Of a stretch of DNA of 64,000 bases, positions 20,044 to 29,971 are shown one piece after another. The first letter of the stretch is position 1. Each line of letters begins with the position of its first letter. Source of the stretch: a virus (lineage: Duplodnaviria > Heunggongvirae > Uroviricota > Caudoviricetes); IMG/VR virus record IMGVR_UViG_3300032272_000001, positions 39,273 to 103,272 of that record, one strand, 5' to 3'. The translations under genes were made by a program, and so were the position numbers. The notes below the pieces were generated by a model. That model saw nothing but the letters and a program-made list of their open reading frames with translations. It searched no databases and was not told where the DNA came from.

Positions 20044-20369
20044 TGTTTAAGAAATATTTAGAAGAAAAAAAACAATTAAACGATTCTGAAAAAAGAAAAT
20101 ATTTTACTTCAAAAGTAAAATCAATGTGTGAAGAAACAGTTTCTATGGCTGAAATTGTTCGTGTTGTTGAAAATGCATCGACTCGCGGCAAGCGTCCACA
20201 TATCAAAAAAGCTACAGGGACTAAACCTTCTGGTAGCTCTACATCTGACAGAAATTATCGTGTCTCTGGTGATATGCTTCGTAAAAAATCAAAAGAAAAA
20301 GAAGACAAGGCAAAAGAAAAGATTTCTAAAGAAAAAGAAAAAGATGGTGATACAAAAAATGAAAAATAA
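20043..20369 (+). CDS. Charged hypothetical late protein
   Basis: MFKKYLEE start; ORF track. Confidence 0.55.
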   Translation: MFKKYLEEKKQLNDSEKRKYFTSKVKSMCEETVSMAEIVRVVENASTRGKRPHIKKATGTKPSGSSTSDRNYRVSGDMLRKKSKEKEDKAKEKISKEKEKDGDTKNEK

Positions 20370-20805
20370 TAAACAATTATCACGCATAGCTAAATTAGTA
20401 GCAAAACACAAAAAAGAAATTGCTCCATTACAGGACAAAGACGAACCAGCTATAGCAAGACCAAATACCGAAAATCCTAGCATTATTTCCAATAAAGCAA
20501 AAAGAAAATTTAAAGTAATTGATGAAGAAATACCAAAAATAATTAAGGGTAAGGTGAATTCTCCTGATCAAGCAGAATTTGATGCTGATGGAAGACCAAT
20601 ACTTACCAAAAAAAGCAAGAAAAAAGATGGAGATATTTTGATTGATCCAGATGAAAGAGAAATTGGTGATGTCAATGTTGTTGCAACTCAAGAAGATATG
20701 CTGGATAAATATAAAGATTTCGTTAAACGTAGCATCAAAAAACCAAAAACAAATAAAAAAGATGTTAATATAAATACTAATAATAACAACAATATAAAGG
20801 ATTAA
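20359..20805 (+). CDS. Hypothetical late protein
   Basis: Internal start MKNNKQ overlapping previous stop. Confidence 0.5.
   Translation: MKNNKQLSRIAKLVAKHKKEIAPLQDKDEPAIARPNTENPSIISNKAKRKFKVIDEEIPKIIKGKVNSPDQAEFDADGRPILTKKSKKKDGDILIDPDEREIGDVNVVATQEDMLDKYKDFVKRSIKKPKTNKKDVNINTNNNNNIKD
20769..20776 (+). promoter_or_regulatory. T4-type late promoter TATAAATA
   Basis: Exact consensus upstream of ORF 20810. Confidence 0.7.
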
Positions 20806-20809
20806 AGAT

Positions 20810-21280
20810 ATGTCTGGATCGTGGGGAGTTGCTGATGAAAAAACTTCTACTGGTACTTTAGGTGTTGCTGCGAATGGTCTTGTGACTGGTGTAGGTACAT
20901 CATTTACAACAGAAGCCGCTGTTGGTGATTTTATTGTCACTGATGCTGAATCGCTCCGTATTGTGAGCATTACGAACACGACTTCGTGTCATGTTCAGGC
21001 ACAAACACTTGATGGTGCTATTGCTACTGCTGCTGCAAATCAATATGGTCTTCAGGAAGCACCACAATACGTTGTGACTTCTGAAGTTGGTGCAAATGCA
21101 ACACAAACGTTTGGTGTTGATGGTACTGAAGTTGGAATTACTGACGGTATTGCGCATACAGGATGGATTCGAAGAACCACTGGTTCTGGTAATAAATCAG
21201 GTCAAGTATACCATGAAGTTCTAGTTGCTTCTAGAATTACTGGAGATGCTGCTGATGACACAGAACTGCCAGATTCTTGA
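20810..21280 (+). CDS. Probable virion structural protein
   Basis: T/G/A-rich beta composition; HTGWIRRTTG..G.V.HEVLVA; late promoter. Confidence 0.6.
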   Translation: MSGSWGVADEKTSTGTLGVAANGLVTGVGTSFTTEAAVGDFIVTDAESLRIVSITNTTSCHVQAQTLDGAIATAAANQYGLQEAPQYVVTSEVGANATQTFGVDGTEVGITDGIAHTGWIRRTTGSGNKSGQVYHEVLVASRITGDAADDTELPDS

Positions 21281-21375
21281 TACGAACTTTTTTATAATAT
21301 TTCTGGGAAAAATCCCAGAAATATTTACAAATATAATGTGAATATTCAGAACAATTTAATCTGAAAGGAAATATT

Positions 21376-21597
21376 GTGTTGTGGAATAAAGATAAAGAAG
21401 CCGTTAAGCATGATAATAATGCTGCTATTAAAAATAAACGCATTAAAAATGCTGAACTCGCTAAACAAAAATTGAAAGTCATCAAAAAAGTTGGTGCTCA
21501 GATGGATAAAGATGTTCTTAGAAAAGTTAAGCGTACAGCAACGATGGCTGTTAAACGTAGTCCGAATTTTAGATTAAGAAGAAAAGAGATTAATTAA
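21376..21597 (+). CDS. Small basic hypothetical protein
   Basis: ORF track. Confidence 0.45.
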   Translation: MLWNKDKEAVKHDNNAAIKNKRIKNAELAKQKLKVIKKVGAQMDKDVLRKVKRTATMAVKRSPNFRLRRKEIN

Positions 21598-21905
21598 TGC
21601 CTAATAATGCGATTAGTATTTCTGATTTAAATGCTTGTACGGCACCAGCATCAACAGATCTGTTGGTGTTAGCATCAAATGTTGCTGGAAATGCAGAAAC
21701 ATTAAATGTTGTTGTTGACGATTTGTTTAATAATTCTTCTGTCAATTCTGCATCTTTTGCGTCTATAGCAATAACATCAAATACTACGCCAGCAAATAAC
21801 ACGGATAATGCCGGAAGACCAGCACATTCTATTTGGTCTGATGGTACATATGTGTATTCTTATGATGGCACAGAAATTAAACGTCTCACATTAACTACAT
21901 TTTAG
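21597..21905 (+). CDS. Small structural/fiber-like protein
   Basis: ISISDL...DLLVL N-terminus and WSDGTYVY..IKRLTL C-terminus. Confidence 0.5.
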   Translation: MPNNAISISDLNACTAPASTDLLVLASNVAGNAETLNVVVDDLFNNSSVNSASFASIAITSNTTPANNTDNAGRPAHSIWSDGTYVYSYDGTEIKRLTLTTF

Positions 21906-21911
21906 GATAAC

Positions 21912-22301
21912 ATGATAGAACCAATAAATGAAGATAATTTTCTTCTATATTGTTCAAAGCATTATGATGGTGGTTTCCTAGCAACTTTAGAAGACCTAAA
22001 AGATGATTTGAGTAAAATTAAATATATAAAAAAATTAATTACTCGTTACAGAAAAAATGATGTATTGAAAGAAAGACTTATACTTAATCATATTATTGTT
22101 CTTAATAATATGTTTGGTGCTACACACACAGCAAGAATATTATATTTTAGATTACAAGAAGATTTTGATGTAATAAAACCATTTTTGATAATGATTGGTA
22201 TAATGCCAGAAACATTTGAATTTATTGGAAATACAGATTATATAGATACAGACTGTATACAAATGGATCAAAAAGTCGTAACAGCATTGAGGAAGTTATG
22301 A
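21912..22301 (+). CDS. Conserved T4-like hypothetical protein
   Basis: NFLLYCSKHY, KYIKKL, ERLILNHIIVL.NMFG. Confidence 0.65.
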   Translation: MIEPINEDNFLLYCSKHYDGGFLATLEDLKDDLSKIKYIKKLITRYRKNDVLKERLILNHIIVLNNMFGATHTARILYFRLQEDFDVIKPFLIMIGIMPETFEFIGNTDYIDTDCIQMDQKVVTALRKL

Positions 22302-22453
22302 AAGAAGAAATTAATGCAATCGCTATGAATGGTCCTGGGATAGATTTGTTCGATCCACTTCTTGGTAAATTTGCTAAAGCAAAAAAAAGAACTAAAAAAG
22401 CAAAGGATCTTTTGCTTAGACGAAAGAAGTATCGGAAAAAGGATGCCAAGTGA
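22298..22453 (+). CDS. Small basic hypothetical protein (51 aa)
   Basis: Read manually: MKEEINAIAMNGPGIDLFDPLL... Confidence 0.45.
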   Translation: MKEEINAIAMNGPGIDLFDPLLGKFAKAKKRTKKAKDLLLRRKKYRKKDAK

Positions 22454-22664
22454 ATTATCTGGCCTAATAGGTAATATTTTGGCACAAATGCCATTAGTAG
22501 CGATAATTGCTTACTTGTGGTTTCAGGATAGAAAAGATAAAATAAAACAAATCAAACATTTGATTTCTGAAAATAAAGAGAAGACGGAGATGATGAATCA
22601 ATTTACACAATCAATGGAAAAACTGTCTTTATCATTAGAATTGATTAAGGATCGTCTAAGATGA
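22443..22664 (+). CDS. Single-TM coiled-coil protein
   Basis: MPSELSG.., TM MPLVAIIAYLWF, then coiled coil. Confidence 0.55.
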   Translation: MPSELSGLIGNILAQMPLVAIIAYLWFQDRKDKIKQIKHLISENKEKTEMMNQFTQSMEKLSLSLELIKDRLR

Positions 22665-22861
22665 TGGAATTTTGGAAAAAAAATTTTATTCCTATTGAAA
22701 TAAATGAAGAAGAACAAACTAATCTTCGCAAACAAAAAGAAGCCTGTGATGCCTCTAGCAAGGCCGCTACAATCGCCTCAAATAGATTCGAGGCGGCCTT
22801 GCTAGAATTAGACGAAATTTTAAAGAAAAAGGCTTGCAAAAATGGAAAGATGGTGGCTTGA
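22661..22861 (+). CDS. Hypothetical protein
   Basis: ORF track, overlapping. Confidence 0.5.
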   Translation: MMEFWKKNFIPIEINEEEQTNLRKQKEACDASSKAATIASNRFEAALLELDEILKKKACKNGKMVA

Positions 22862-23327
22862 TAATGTTGATTTGATAATAACGTCGAGTGATTTTCTACT
22901 TTCATTTTTATTAGTGACAATAGGCAGTACAATTTTATACTACCTATATAAAAAACCTTTTAAAACAGATCTGAAATATATTATGATTGGTATGTTTTTT
23001 GAGAGTTTTGGTTGGGCGCTTGATAGAATTTATTCTGGTTTTAATAAAATATACAAAGTATATGGAAACGATACAATGGATGTTTGGTATGTTACAAATA
23101 CATGGATTTCTTTAGGACCACTTCTTATTGTTGTTGTCGGCTTGGTGTTTATTCTTGGACCAATAGCATCCATGTTTTTCAGTATACGTGATAGAGTTAA
23201 AGCATATGTTATTGTGATAGCATTTTCTGCTGCTTTATATTGGTTCGTATATTGGTCATTGAATGATGCTCTTCAAGAACATCTACAAGAAAAAGATTCA
23301 AAAACAATCACAAAAATTAAAAAATAA
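22842..23327 (+). CDS. Four-TM membrane protein
   Basis: Four hydrophobic segments. Confidence 0.6.
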   Translation: MERWWLDNVDLIITSSDFLLSFLLVTIGSTILYYLYKKPFKTDLKYIMIGMFFESFGWALDRIYSGFNKIYKVYGNDTMDVWYVTNTWISLGPLLIVVVGLVFILGPIASMFFSIRDRVKAYVIVIAFSAALYWFVYWSLNDALQEHLQEKDSKTITKIKK

Positions 23328-23330
23328 TTC

Positions 23331-23359
23331 TTGACATCATATGATATTATGTGTATGGT
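23331..23359 (+). promoter_or_regulatory. Sigma70-type early promoter
   Basis: TTGACA-17-TATGGT. Confidence 0.5.
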
Positions 23360-23390
23360 GTATTTTATTATTAATTGATTTGGAGCTATG

Positions 23391-23638
23391 AGATGCCATT
23401 GATATGGTCTGAAGAACGTGAACCTAATTATGAGTGTTCTTATACGCATGTGGTGTCAGAAACACCTCTTGGAAAAATTTACATTGAATGTAAGGGTTGG
23501 AAAGAAGACGATACTTCATGCTGCAATACTCCGTGGGGTGATTTTATATTGGGTTATAATCTTGAAGATGCTAAAGATAAAGTACAGGAATCTTTAGATA
23601 GATTTATAGATGAATTGCTAGTGAATTATTCCAGATGA
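23391..23638 (+). CDS. Hypothetical protein (start approximate)
   Basis: ORF track 23375..23638. Confidence 0.4.
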
Positions 23639-23862
23639 ATGAAACTCAAAAAATGCTATATGATACAGTGATCAATGCTCCAGAATTTCATATAGACAAA
23701 TACATCAAAAATAAATTGGTGGCATCATCACACAAAATCAACTATACTGGTTTAAAATCAATACTTGATGATTGTGCCAAATATTCATTGGCTAGTGATT
23801 TTATGATGTATACATTAAATATTGTATTGTTAAAAATGAAAAATGAACAGGAAATATTATGA
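23635..23862 (+). CDS. Hypothetical protein
   Basis: ORF track. Confidence 0.5.
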   Translation: MNETQKMLYDTVINAPEFHIDKYIKNKLVASSHKINYTGLKSILDDCAKYSLASDFMMYTLNIVLLKMKNEQEIL

Positions 23863-24053
23863 TTAAAGTTGAACATGACGGTCCAGAATTTGATAACATG
23901 CCAGCAGAAAATTGCTGTTTTTGTTGGAAACCTACCAGATATTGGGTTACATCAAAAGATGTTGCTTGTTGTCAAAAATGCGCAAAAAATAATTTTATGA
24001 TTAATGTGCCAAGCAAAACAGAATGGTGCTCAAACCCAAAAGCTGCACTATAA
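23859..24053 (+). CDS. Small Zn-finger-like protein
   Basis: CCFC...CCQKC. Confidence 0.5.
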   Translation: MIKVEHDGPEFDNMPAENCCFCWKPTRYWVTSKDVACCQKCAKNNFMINVPSKTEWCSNPKAAL

Positions 24054-24584
24054 ATGGGTAAGTATAGTAATTTTGAGCGTAAACCAAGAGATTTATATCC
24101 AACACCACTAAAAGCGGTAGAGCCTCTTTTCCCGCATTTACCTGATAAATTTACATTTTCAGAGCCTTGTGCAGGAAATGGTGTGTTAATAGATCATATA
24201 ACATCTATTGGTGGTGAGTGTGTGTATGCAGGTGATATAGTACCACTACGAAATGACATAAGACAATTGTCTTATGAAGACTATATTAAAACACAAATGC
24301 TGCACAAAACACCAGATTTGGTGATAACAAATCCTCCATGGACAAGATCGATTTTACACGACATGATAACCAAGTTACCAGCTATTGCTGATACGTGGCT
24401 ATTGTTTGATTCTGATTGGGTGCATACCAAACAAAGCACTCTATACATGGAAAATTGTGTGAAGATAGTTAGTATTGGTAGAGTTAAATGGTTTGGTGGA
24501 ACAACTGGTAAAGAAAATGCTTCTTGGCATTTGTTTAGAGAAGGTTATTCGGGACCAACAGAATTTTGTGGGAGAGAACAATGA
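24054..24584 (+). CDS. DNA amino-methyltransferase (N6A-type)
   Basis: DLYPTP, EPCAGNG motif I, ITNPPW motif IV. Confidence 0.85.
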   Translation: MGKYSNFERKPRDLYPTPLKAVEPLFPHLPDKFTFSEPCAGNGVLIDHITSIGGECVYAGDIVPLRNDIRQLSYEDYIKTQMLHKTPDLVITNPPWTRSILHDMITKLPAIADTWLLFDSDWVHTKQSTLYMENCVKIVSIGRVKWFGGTTGKENASWHLFREGYSGPTEFCGREQ

Positions 24585-24624
24585 AAATATTGAAACCAGT
24601 ATCTGCTAAAATTGAATAAATCAC

Positions 24625-25653
24625 ATGTGGCTTGAGAATAAGTATATTTCTTTATTATCCAATCAATTACCAGGATTAGTTAATAAAGGACATGATACCT
24701 GGAATTTTAGATGTGTTTTTTGTGGTGATTCTAAAAAATCAGCAGCAAAAGCACGTGGATATATATTAAGGGATGGTCAAGATTTCTATTCTTATTGTCA
24801 TAATTGTCACACTAATCTTACATTTAGAAAATTTCTTGAACGTTTATCTCCACATCTATATGATCAATATATAGCAGAAAAACTAACCGAAAAACAAGTA
24901 GAATATATAAAGGAACCATTAAAATCTGTTGAGTTAGAGACAGATAAGCTACTTAAATGTGCTAGAATATCGTTACTTCCTGATGAACACCCAGCCAAAA
25001 AATATTTAATAGAACGATTAATACCAAGAAAATTTTATAGCAAACTGTATTATACAGAAGATTATAATAAGTATGCGAATACATTTATACCAGACAAATA
25101 TCCATTAGATATCAAAGAACCACGAATAATCATACCAATGATTAATTCATCAAATAAACTTATTGGTTTTCAAGGAAGATCTTTGAAATCTGTTAAAGAT
25201 AATCTTAGATATATAACATTAATGTTGTCGCCAAATAATCCTAGATTATTTGGACTTGCAAATATAGATTTCAACAAAACAAATTATATTTTTGAAGGAC
25301 CATTTGATTCGTTATTCATACCCAATTCATTATCTACTTGCGGTGGAGCTATTCATAAAGAAATAAAAAAACACAAATTTCCAAAAGGAAAATCTGTTGT
25401 TGTTTATGATAATGAGCCAAGAAATCCAGATATAGTTTCTTTAATGAAAAAAGCAATTGATGCAGGATTTCCTATTGTTGTCTGGCCAAAAAAAATCGAT
25501 AAATATGGTGATGATATTAATTCAATGGTTGAAACTCTTGTGAAAGACGGAAAAACTGTCAATGAATCTGTAGAATATATAATTGATGTGATGGGAAAAA
25601 ATACGTATAGTAACGAAGAAGCAATTTTAAAAATTAATATGTGGAGAAAATAG
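24625..25653 (+). CDS. 61: DNA primase (gp61)
   Basis: Zn ribbon CVFCGDS...CHNC, GFQGR, TOPRIM EGPFDS, YDNEPRN. Confidence 0.95.
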   Translation: MWLENKYISLLSNQLPGLVNKGHDTWNFRCVFCGDSKKSAAKARGYILRDGQDFYSYCHNCHTNLTFRKFLERLSPHLYDQYIAEKLTEKQVEYIKEPLKSVELETDKLLKCARISLLPDEHPAKKYLIERLIPRKFYSKLYYTEDYNKYANTFIPDKYPLDIKEPRIIIPMINSSNKLIGFQGRSLKSVKDNLRYITLMLSPNNPRLFGLANIDFNKTNYIFEGPFDSLFIPNSLSTCGGAIHKEIKKHKFPKGKSVVVYDNEPRNPDIVSLMKKAIDAGFPIVVWPKKIDKYGDDINSMVETLVKDGKTVNESVEYIIDVMGKNTYSNEEAILKINMWRK

Positions 25654-25901
25654 TTATGTCTATCGATTCAATTGCTAAAGATGAATATTATAGATACAAT
25701 GTTATGCTTGAATATTCTATAGACAAAATATTATCGACGGTTAAAAAATTTCGTGATCTTGATGATGCTGTGAAATATACAAATAAAGAAAATGATGAAT
25801 TAAAAAAAGAATGGACAGGAGATTTTAAATATTTTTTCATTAGAGATATGACAAACAATGTAGAATCTATGGATGGTGAAAATTGGCAAACTATAAAATA
25901 A
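25646..25901 (+). CDS. Hypothetical protein (start approximate)
   Basis: ORF track 25641..25901. Confidence 0.4.
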
Positions 25902-25911
25902 GGATATCGCT

Positions 25912-26607
25912 TTGAATAATGTAAAAAGAGTAGGTTATACACAATGGGACGAAGACTATGAGCATAAAAGCGATAATCCAGAAGATATTATTTCTTATTG
26001 CGCAAGAGTAAGCAATCCTTCTAATCAAGACAATTACGACACATCAGAAAAATTATTAAAATATTGTGTTCGAAAAAAACACTGGTCTGTTTTCACTATG
26101 GTCAACTTTGTGTTTGAAATAAATACACCAAGAGATATTTCAAGACAAATACTAAGACATTCATCCTTAAAACCACAAGAATTTAGTCAACGATATGCAA
26201 ATATCAGTGAAATGGGTAGATGTATTAGGGAACCAGGCTTTCAAGACGAAAAAAATAGACAAAATTCTATACCATTTGATCTAAAAAATCCACATCATGT
26301 TAATATACGAAAAGAGTTTTTATGTGCCCAACAAGAAGTTTGGGATAAAGCCATACACGAATATAATAAAATGATCGAATTTGGCATTGCAAAAGAAGAT
26401 GCCAGAGTGCTAATGCCAGAAGGTCTTACTATGTCTCGTTTGTTTTTGAATGGCACTGTTCGTGACTGGTTCCATTACTGCCAAGTAAGAATGGATAATG
26501 ACACACAAAAAGAGCATATAGTCATAGCAAATGAAGTTTGGGAACTTCTTACCGAAAAAATGACATTCCTAAAAACCATAGATGTTGAGATTGTTGATGA
26601 AAAATAA
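25912..26607 (+). CDS. thyX: FAD-dependent thymidylate synthase
   Basis: ARVS, HWSVF, RQILRHSS...QEFSQRY, HYCQVR, TQKEH. Confidence 0.93.
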   Translation: MNNVKRVGYTQWDEDYEHKSDNPEDIISYCARVSNPSNQDNYDTSEKLLKYCVRKKHWSVFTMVNFVFEINTPRDISRQILRHSSLKPQEFSQRYANISEMGRCIREPGFQDEKNRQNSIPFDLKNPHHVNIRKEFLCAQQEVWDKAIHEYNKMIEFGIAKEDARVLMPEGLTMSRLFLNGTVRDWFHYCQVRMDNDTQKEHIVIANEVWELLTEKMTFLKTIDVEIVDEK

Positions 26608-26851
26608 TACAGAAGATCCTGATATACATACCGCCAAGGCGAAATTACTAATGAAAAATTATTATTCCCATATGTTAGAAAACATAATTGGTGATTATAC
26701 AGATGTGATGGATTCTAATGATATCACAACAAATAATGCAAAACGAGATGTATTGGAATTTTGCAAAAATTGCATTGACAATGAAATAATTTTCAATCGC
26801 ATGATTCTTACTAAATGGGAAGACCATGTTAATAATAAAAATACGGAGTAA
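26597..26851 (+). CDS. Hypothetical protein
   Basis: ORF track. Confidence 0.45.
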   Translation: MKNNTEDPDIHTAKAKLLMKNYYSHMLENIIGDYTDVMDSNDITTNNAKRDVLEFCKNCIDNEIIFNRMILTKWEDHVNNKNTE

Positions 26852-26859
26852 CAATATAC

Positions 26860-29079
26860 ATGTACACTGACACTAGACATCTTTTATCTGAAGCCAAATT
26901 TTATGAATCATATTCTAGATGGAATGATAATTTAAATAGATACGAAACCTGGAATGATTCTGTTGATCGTGTTATGAATATGCATAAGAAAAAATATGCT
27001 TCTGTGATGTCGTCTGAATTGGCTAATTATTTTGAAGATGCTAGTGTTGCGTATAAAAATAAAGCTTTTCTTGGAGCGCAGCGCGCATTACAATTTGGTG
27101 GTGATCAACTACTTAAACACGAAATGAAAATGTATAATTGCACAGCAAGTTATGCTGATCGTGCAGAATTTTTTGGTGAAATTTTTTATGTTCTTCTTTG
27201 TGGTGCTGGTGCTGGATTTTCTGTACAGAAACAACACATAAAAAAATTACCAAAAATAAAAACTCGTAATAAACAACCAAAAACACATATTGTTGAAGAT
27301 TCTATTGAGGGGTGGGCAACTGCTGCTGATGTATTAATGTCTTCATATTTTGTTGATGGCGGGAAACATCCAGAATATCAAGGAAGAAGAGTATATTTTG
27401 ATCTTTCGCAAATTAGACCAAAAAATTCCATAATTTCTGGAGGCTTTAAAGCACCAGGTCCAGATCCACTTCGCAAAGCATTGGATAGAATTGAATATCT
27501 TCTACAGGGAATAGCATTAAATCCCAACGATTCTTCTATTAGAGCAATACATGTATATGATATTGTAATGCATATAGCTGATGCTGTGTTGAGTGGTGGT
27601 GTTAGACGAAGTGCTTGTATTTGTTTGTTTTCTGCTGATGATAAAGAAATGGCTTATGCAAAAACTGGGAATTGGTTTCCTGATAACCCGCAACGAGCGA
27701 GATCAAATAATTCTGCTGTAATTAAACGAGATTCGATAACAAAAGAAGAATTTCATGAATTGATGAAGCCAATTAAAGAATTTGGTGAACCAGGATTTGT
27801 TTTTGTTGATGATGAAGATGTGTTAGTGAATCCTTGTGTTGAAATTGGATTATATGCAAAATTTAATGGTAAATCTGGTTGGCAAGGATGTAATTTATGC
27901 GAAATTAATGGTGGTTTGTGTGATACCGAACAAAAATTCTATGATGCCTGCTATACAGCAACCATTCTCGCCACAATACAAGCAGGATATACTAATTTTA
28001 ACTTTATAGATCCTGTTTCTAAAAAGATTTTTGAAAGAGAAGCACTATTAGGGATTTCTATTACTGGTTGGATGAATAATCCAAAAATATTGTTTGATAA
28101 AAAAATTCTCAGAAATGGCGCTAAAATTGTAAAAGAAACAAATGAAAAAGTGGCTAAATTGTTAGGTATTAATCCTGCCGCAAGAACCACTTGCGTAAAA
28201 CCTGCTGGTAATGCTAGTGTATTGTTAGGAACATCATCTGGTATACATGCTGAACATGCGAATATGTATTTTCGAAATATTCAAATTAATAAAAATACTG
28301 AAGTTGGTAAATTAATTCGTTCTAAAAATCCACATATGGTGGAAGAATCTGTTTGGTCAGCAGGTAATACTGATTATGTTATATCATTTCCTATTATACC
28401 AAAAAAAGGTTCTATGAATAAGGAAGATATTATCGGGGTTAAGCATTTAGAATTAGTTAAAATTGCTCAACAAAATTGGGTAGAACCAGGAACCAACATC
28501 GATCTATGTGTCAATAAAACAGTAAGGCATAATGTATCTAATACTATTATTGTTGATGATTGGGACGAAATTGAAGAATTTGTATTTAAAAATAGAAATA
28601 TATTTGCAGGAATTTCATTTATGTCAATGTCCGGCGATAAAGATTTTAATCAAGCTCCAAACACTAAAGTTATTACAGCAAAAGAAATTTTATCAAAATA
28701 TGGAACAGGATCTATTTTTGCTTCTGGATTGATCGTCGATTCTCTTAATATTTTTGATAATTTGTGGGCTGCATGTTCTATAGCTATCAAAAACAATGAT
28801 TTTGTTACTGGAGAAGATCATAATGTTGCTATGAAAAAAGATTGGATGCGTAGGTTTAATAATTTTGCAGATAATTATTTTTCTGGTGATGTTAAAAAAG
28901 CTGAATATTGTTTAAAAGATGTTCATTTATTACATAAATGGGAAAAAATTCAACAACATATTGAAAATGTTAATTGGGTAGATGAATTATCAGAAAAAAA
29001 ATATATTGATATTGATACGACGGGCGCAATCGCCTGTGTAGGAGTTGGTGAAAATGGAGAAGATGCGTGTTTTATTTAA
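26860..29079 (+). CDS. Ribonucleotide reductase catalytic subunit (RTPR/class II-like sequence type)
   Basis: MYNC, GAGAGFSV, GGVRRSA, NPCVEI, CNLCEIN, TCVKPAGN. Confidence 0.88.
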   Translation: MYTDTRHLLSEAKFYESYSRWNDNLNRYETWNDSVDRVMNMHKKKYASVMSSELANYFEDASVAYKNKAFLGAQRALQFGGDQLLKHEMKMYNCTASYADRAEFFGEIFYVLLCGAGAGFSVQKQHIKKLPKIKTRNKQPKTHIVEDSIEGWATAADVLMSSYFVDGGKHPEYQGRRVYFDLSQIRPKNSIISGGFKAPGPDPLRKALDRIEYLLQGIALNPNDSSIRAIHVYDIVMHIADAVLSGGVRRSACICLFSADDKEMAYAKTGNWFPDNPQRARSNNSAVIKRDSITKEEFHELMKPIKEFGEPGFVFVDDEDVLVNPCVEIGLYAKFNGKSGWQGCNLCEINGGLCDTEQKFYDACYTATILATIQAGYTNFNFIDPVSKKIFEREALLGISITGWMNNPKILFDKKILRNGAKIVKETNEKVAKLLGINPAARTTCVKPAGNASVLLGTSSGIHAEHANMYFRNIQINKNTEVGKLIRSKNPHMVEESVWSAGNTDYVISFPIIPKKGSMNKEDIIGVKHLELVKIAQQNWVEPGTNIDLCVNKTVRHNVSNTIIVDDWDEIEEFVFKNRNIFAGISFMSMSGDKDFNQAPNTKVITAKEILSKYGTGSIFASGLIVDSLNIFDNLWAACSIAIKNNDFVTGEDHNVAMKKDWMRRFNNFADNYFSGDVKKAEYCLKDVHLLHKWEKIQQHIENVNWVDELSEKKYIDIDTTGAIACVGVGENGEDACFI

Positions 29080-29106
29080 ATGGATATGGGAAATAGGAGA
29101 TGAGAT

Positions 29107-29328
29107 ATGACAATAGATGTATATCATAATGAAAATTCTGATGCTGTAATTGTAAAAACAAGCCAACGGGCTCATATTTTACCGTATACTTTATTAGAAC
29201 AAGTTTTTAATCCAAAAACAAATTCAACAATAAATGAAATATGCGAAGCATTACATATAGAAAAAGATGATATTTCAGACACTATATATAAGATAGGTCT
29301 GTTGTATCGACAAAGACCCAAAGAATAA
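29107..29328 (+). CDS. Hypothetical protein
   Basis: ORF track with SD. Confidence 0.5.
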   Translation: MTIDVYHNENSDAVIVKTSQRAHILPYTLLEQVFNPKTNSTINEICEALHIEKDDISDTIYKIGLLYRQRPKE

Positions 29329-29349
29329 TAACAAAAAAGGGTTTAATAT

Positions 29350-29556
29350 ATGGAAGAAATACTTATAAATTTATTTGCTGTTTTGAATGAAAGAGTTAAT
29401 AGCGAAGATATTCGAAAAGGTATATATCTAGATCTGATACCTATCATCAGATGGCATGATGCAGATCTATTGACAACGCTCTCTGTTGAAGATATACTCT
29501 TCGCAGAAGCTGTTGAAGAATCTTCTGACGAATCAAGTGAATTTTTTGATGAGTGA
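29350..29556 (+). CDS. Hypothetical protein
   Basis: ORF track. Confidence 0.5.
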   Translation: MEEILINLFAVLNERVNSEDIRKGIYLDLIPIIRWHDADLLTTLSVEDILFAEAVEESSDESSEFFDE

Positions 29557-29971
29557 TTGGTTATATCAAGGAAAACAATTCGATTCTGATCAGATAGGTG
29601 ATTATGTTGGTTTTGTGTATCTTATTAGCAACACAGATACAAATATGTCATATATTGGTAAAAAACATTTTCAACGAAAAAAAGCATATCAAAAAAACAA
29701 AAAAAGACGTACTATGCTTGTTGAATCTGATTGGAAAAATTACTGTGGTTCTAATGACGTTCTTAAAGAACATGCTTCTCGTGGAGACAATATAACAAAA
29801 GAAATTCTTTATCTATGTCTTTCAAAGGGGTGGATGAGCGTAATAGAGACTAAAGAAATATTGAATAGAGATGCTTTGATTAAAGACGATTATTATAATA
29901 ATTGGTGCTCTTTAAAGGTTCATGCAAAACATTTAAAGGGAAAGAATAAGGTAACAATTTCTAATGACTAA
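29549..29971 (+). CDS. GIY-YIG-like nuclease (conserved T4-like)
   Basis: GFVYLISN...SYIGKK, WKNYCGS, DYYN. Confidence 0.75.
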   Translation: MSDWLYQGKQFDSDQIGDYVGFVYLISNTDTNMSYIGKKHFQRKKAYQKNKKRRTMLVESDWKNYCGSNDVLKEHASRGDNITKEILYLCLSKGWMSVIETKEILNRDALIKDDYYNNWCSLKVHAKHLKGKNKVTISND

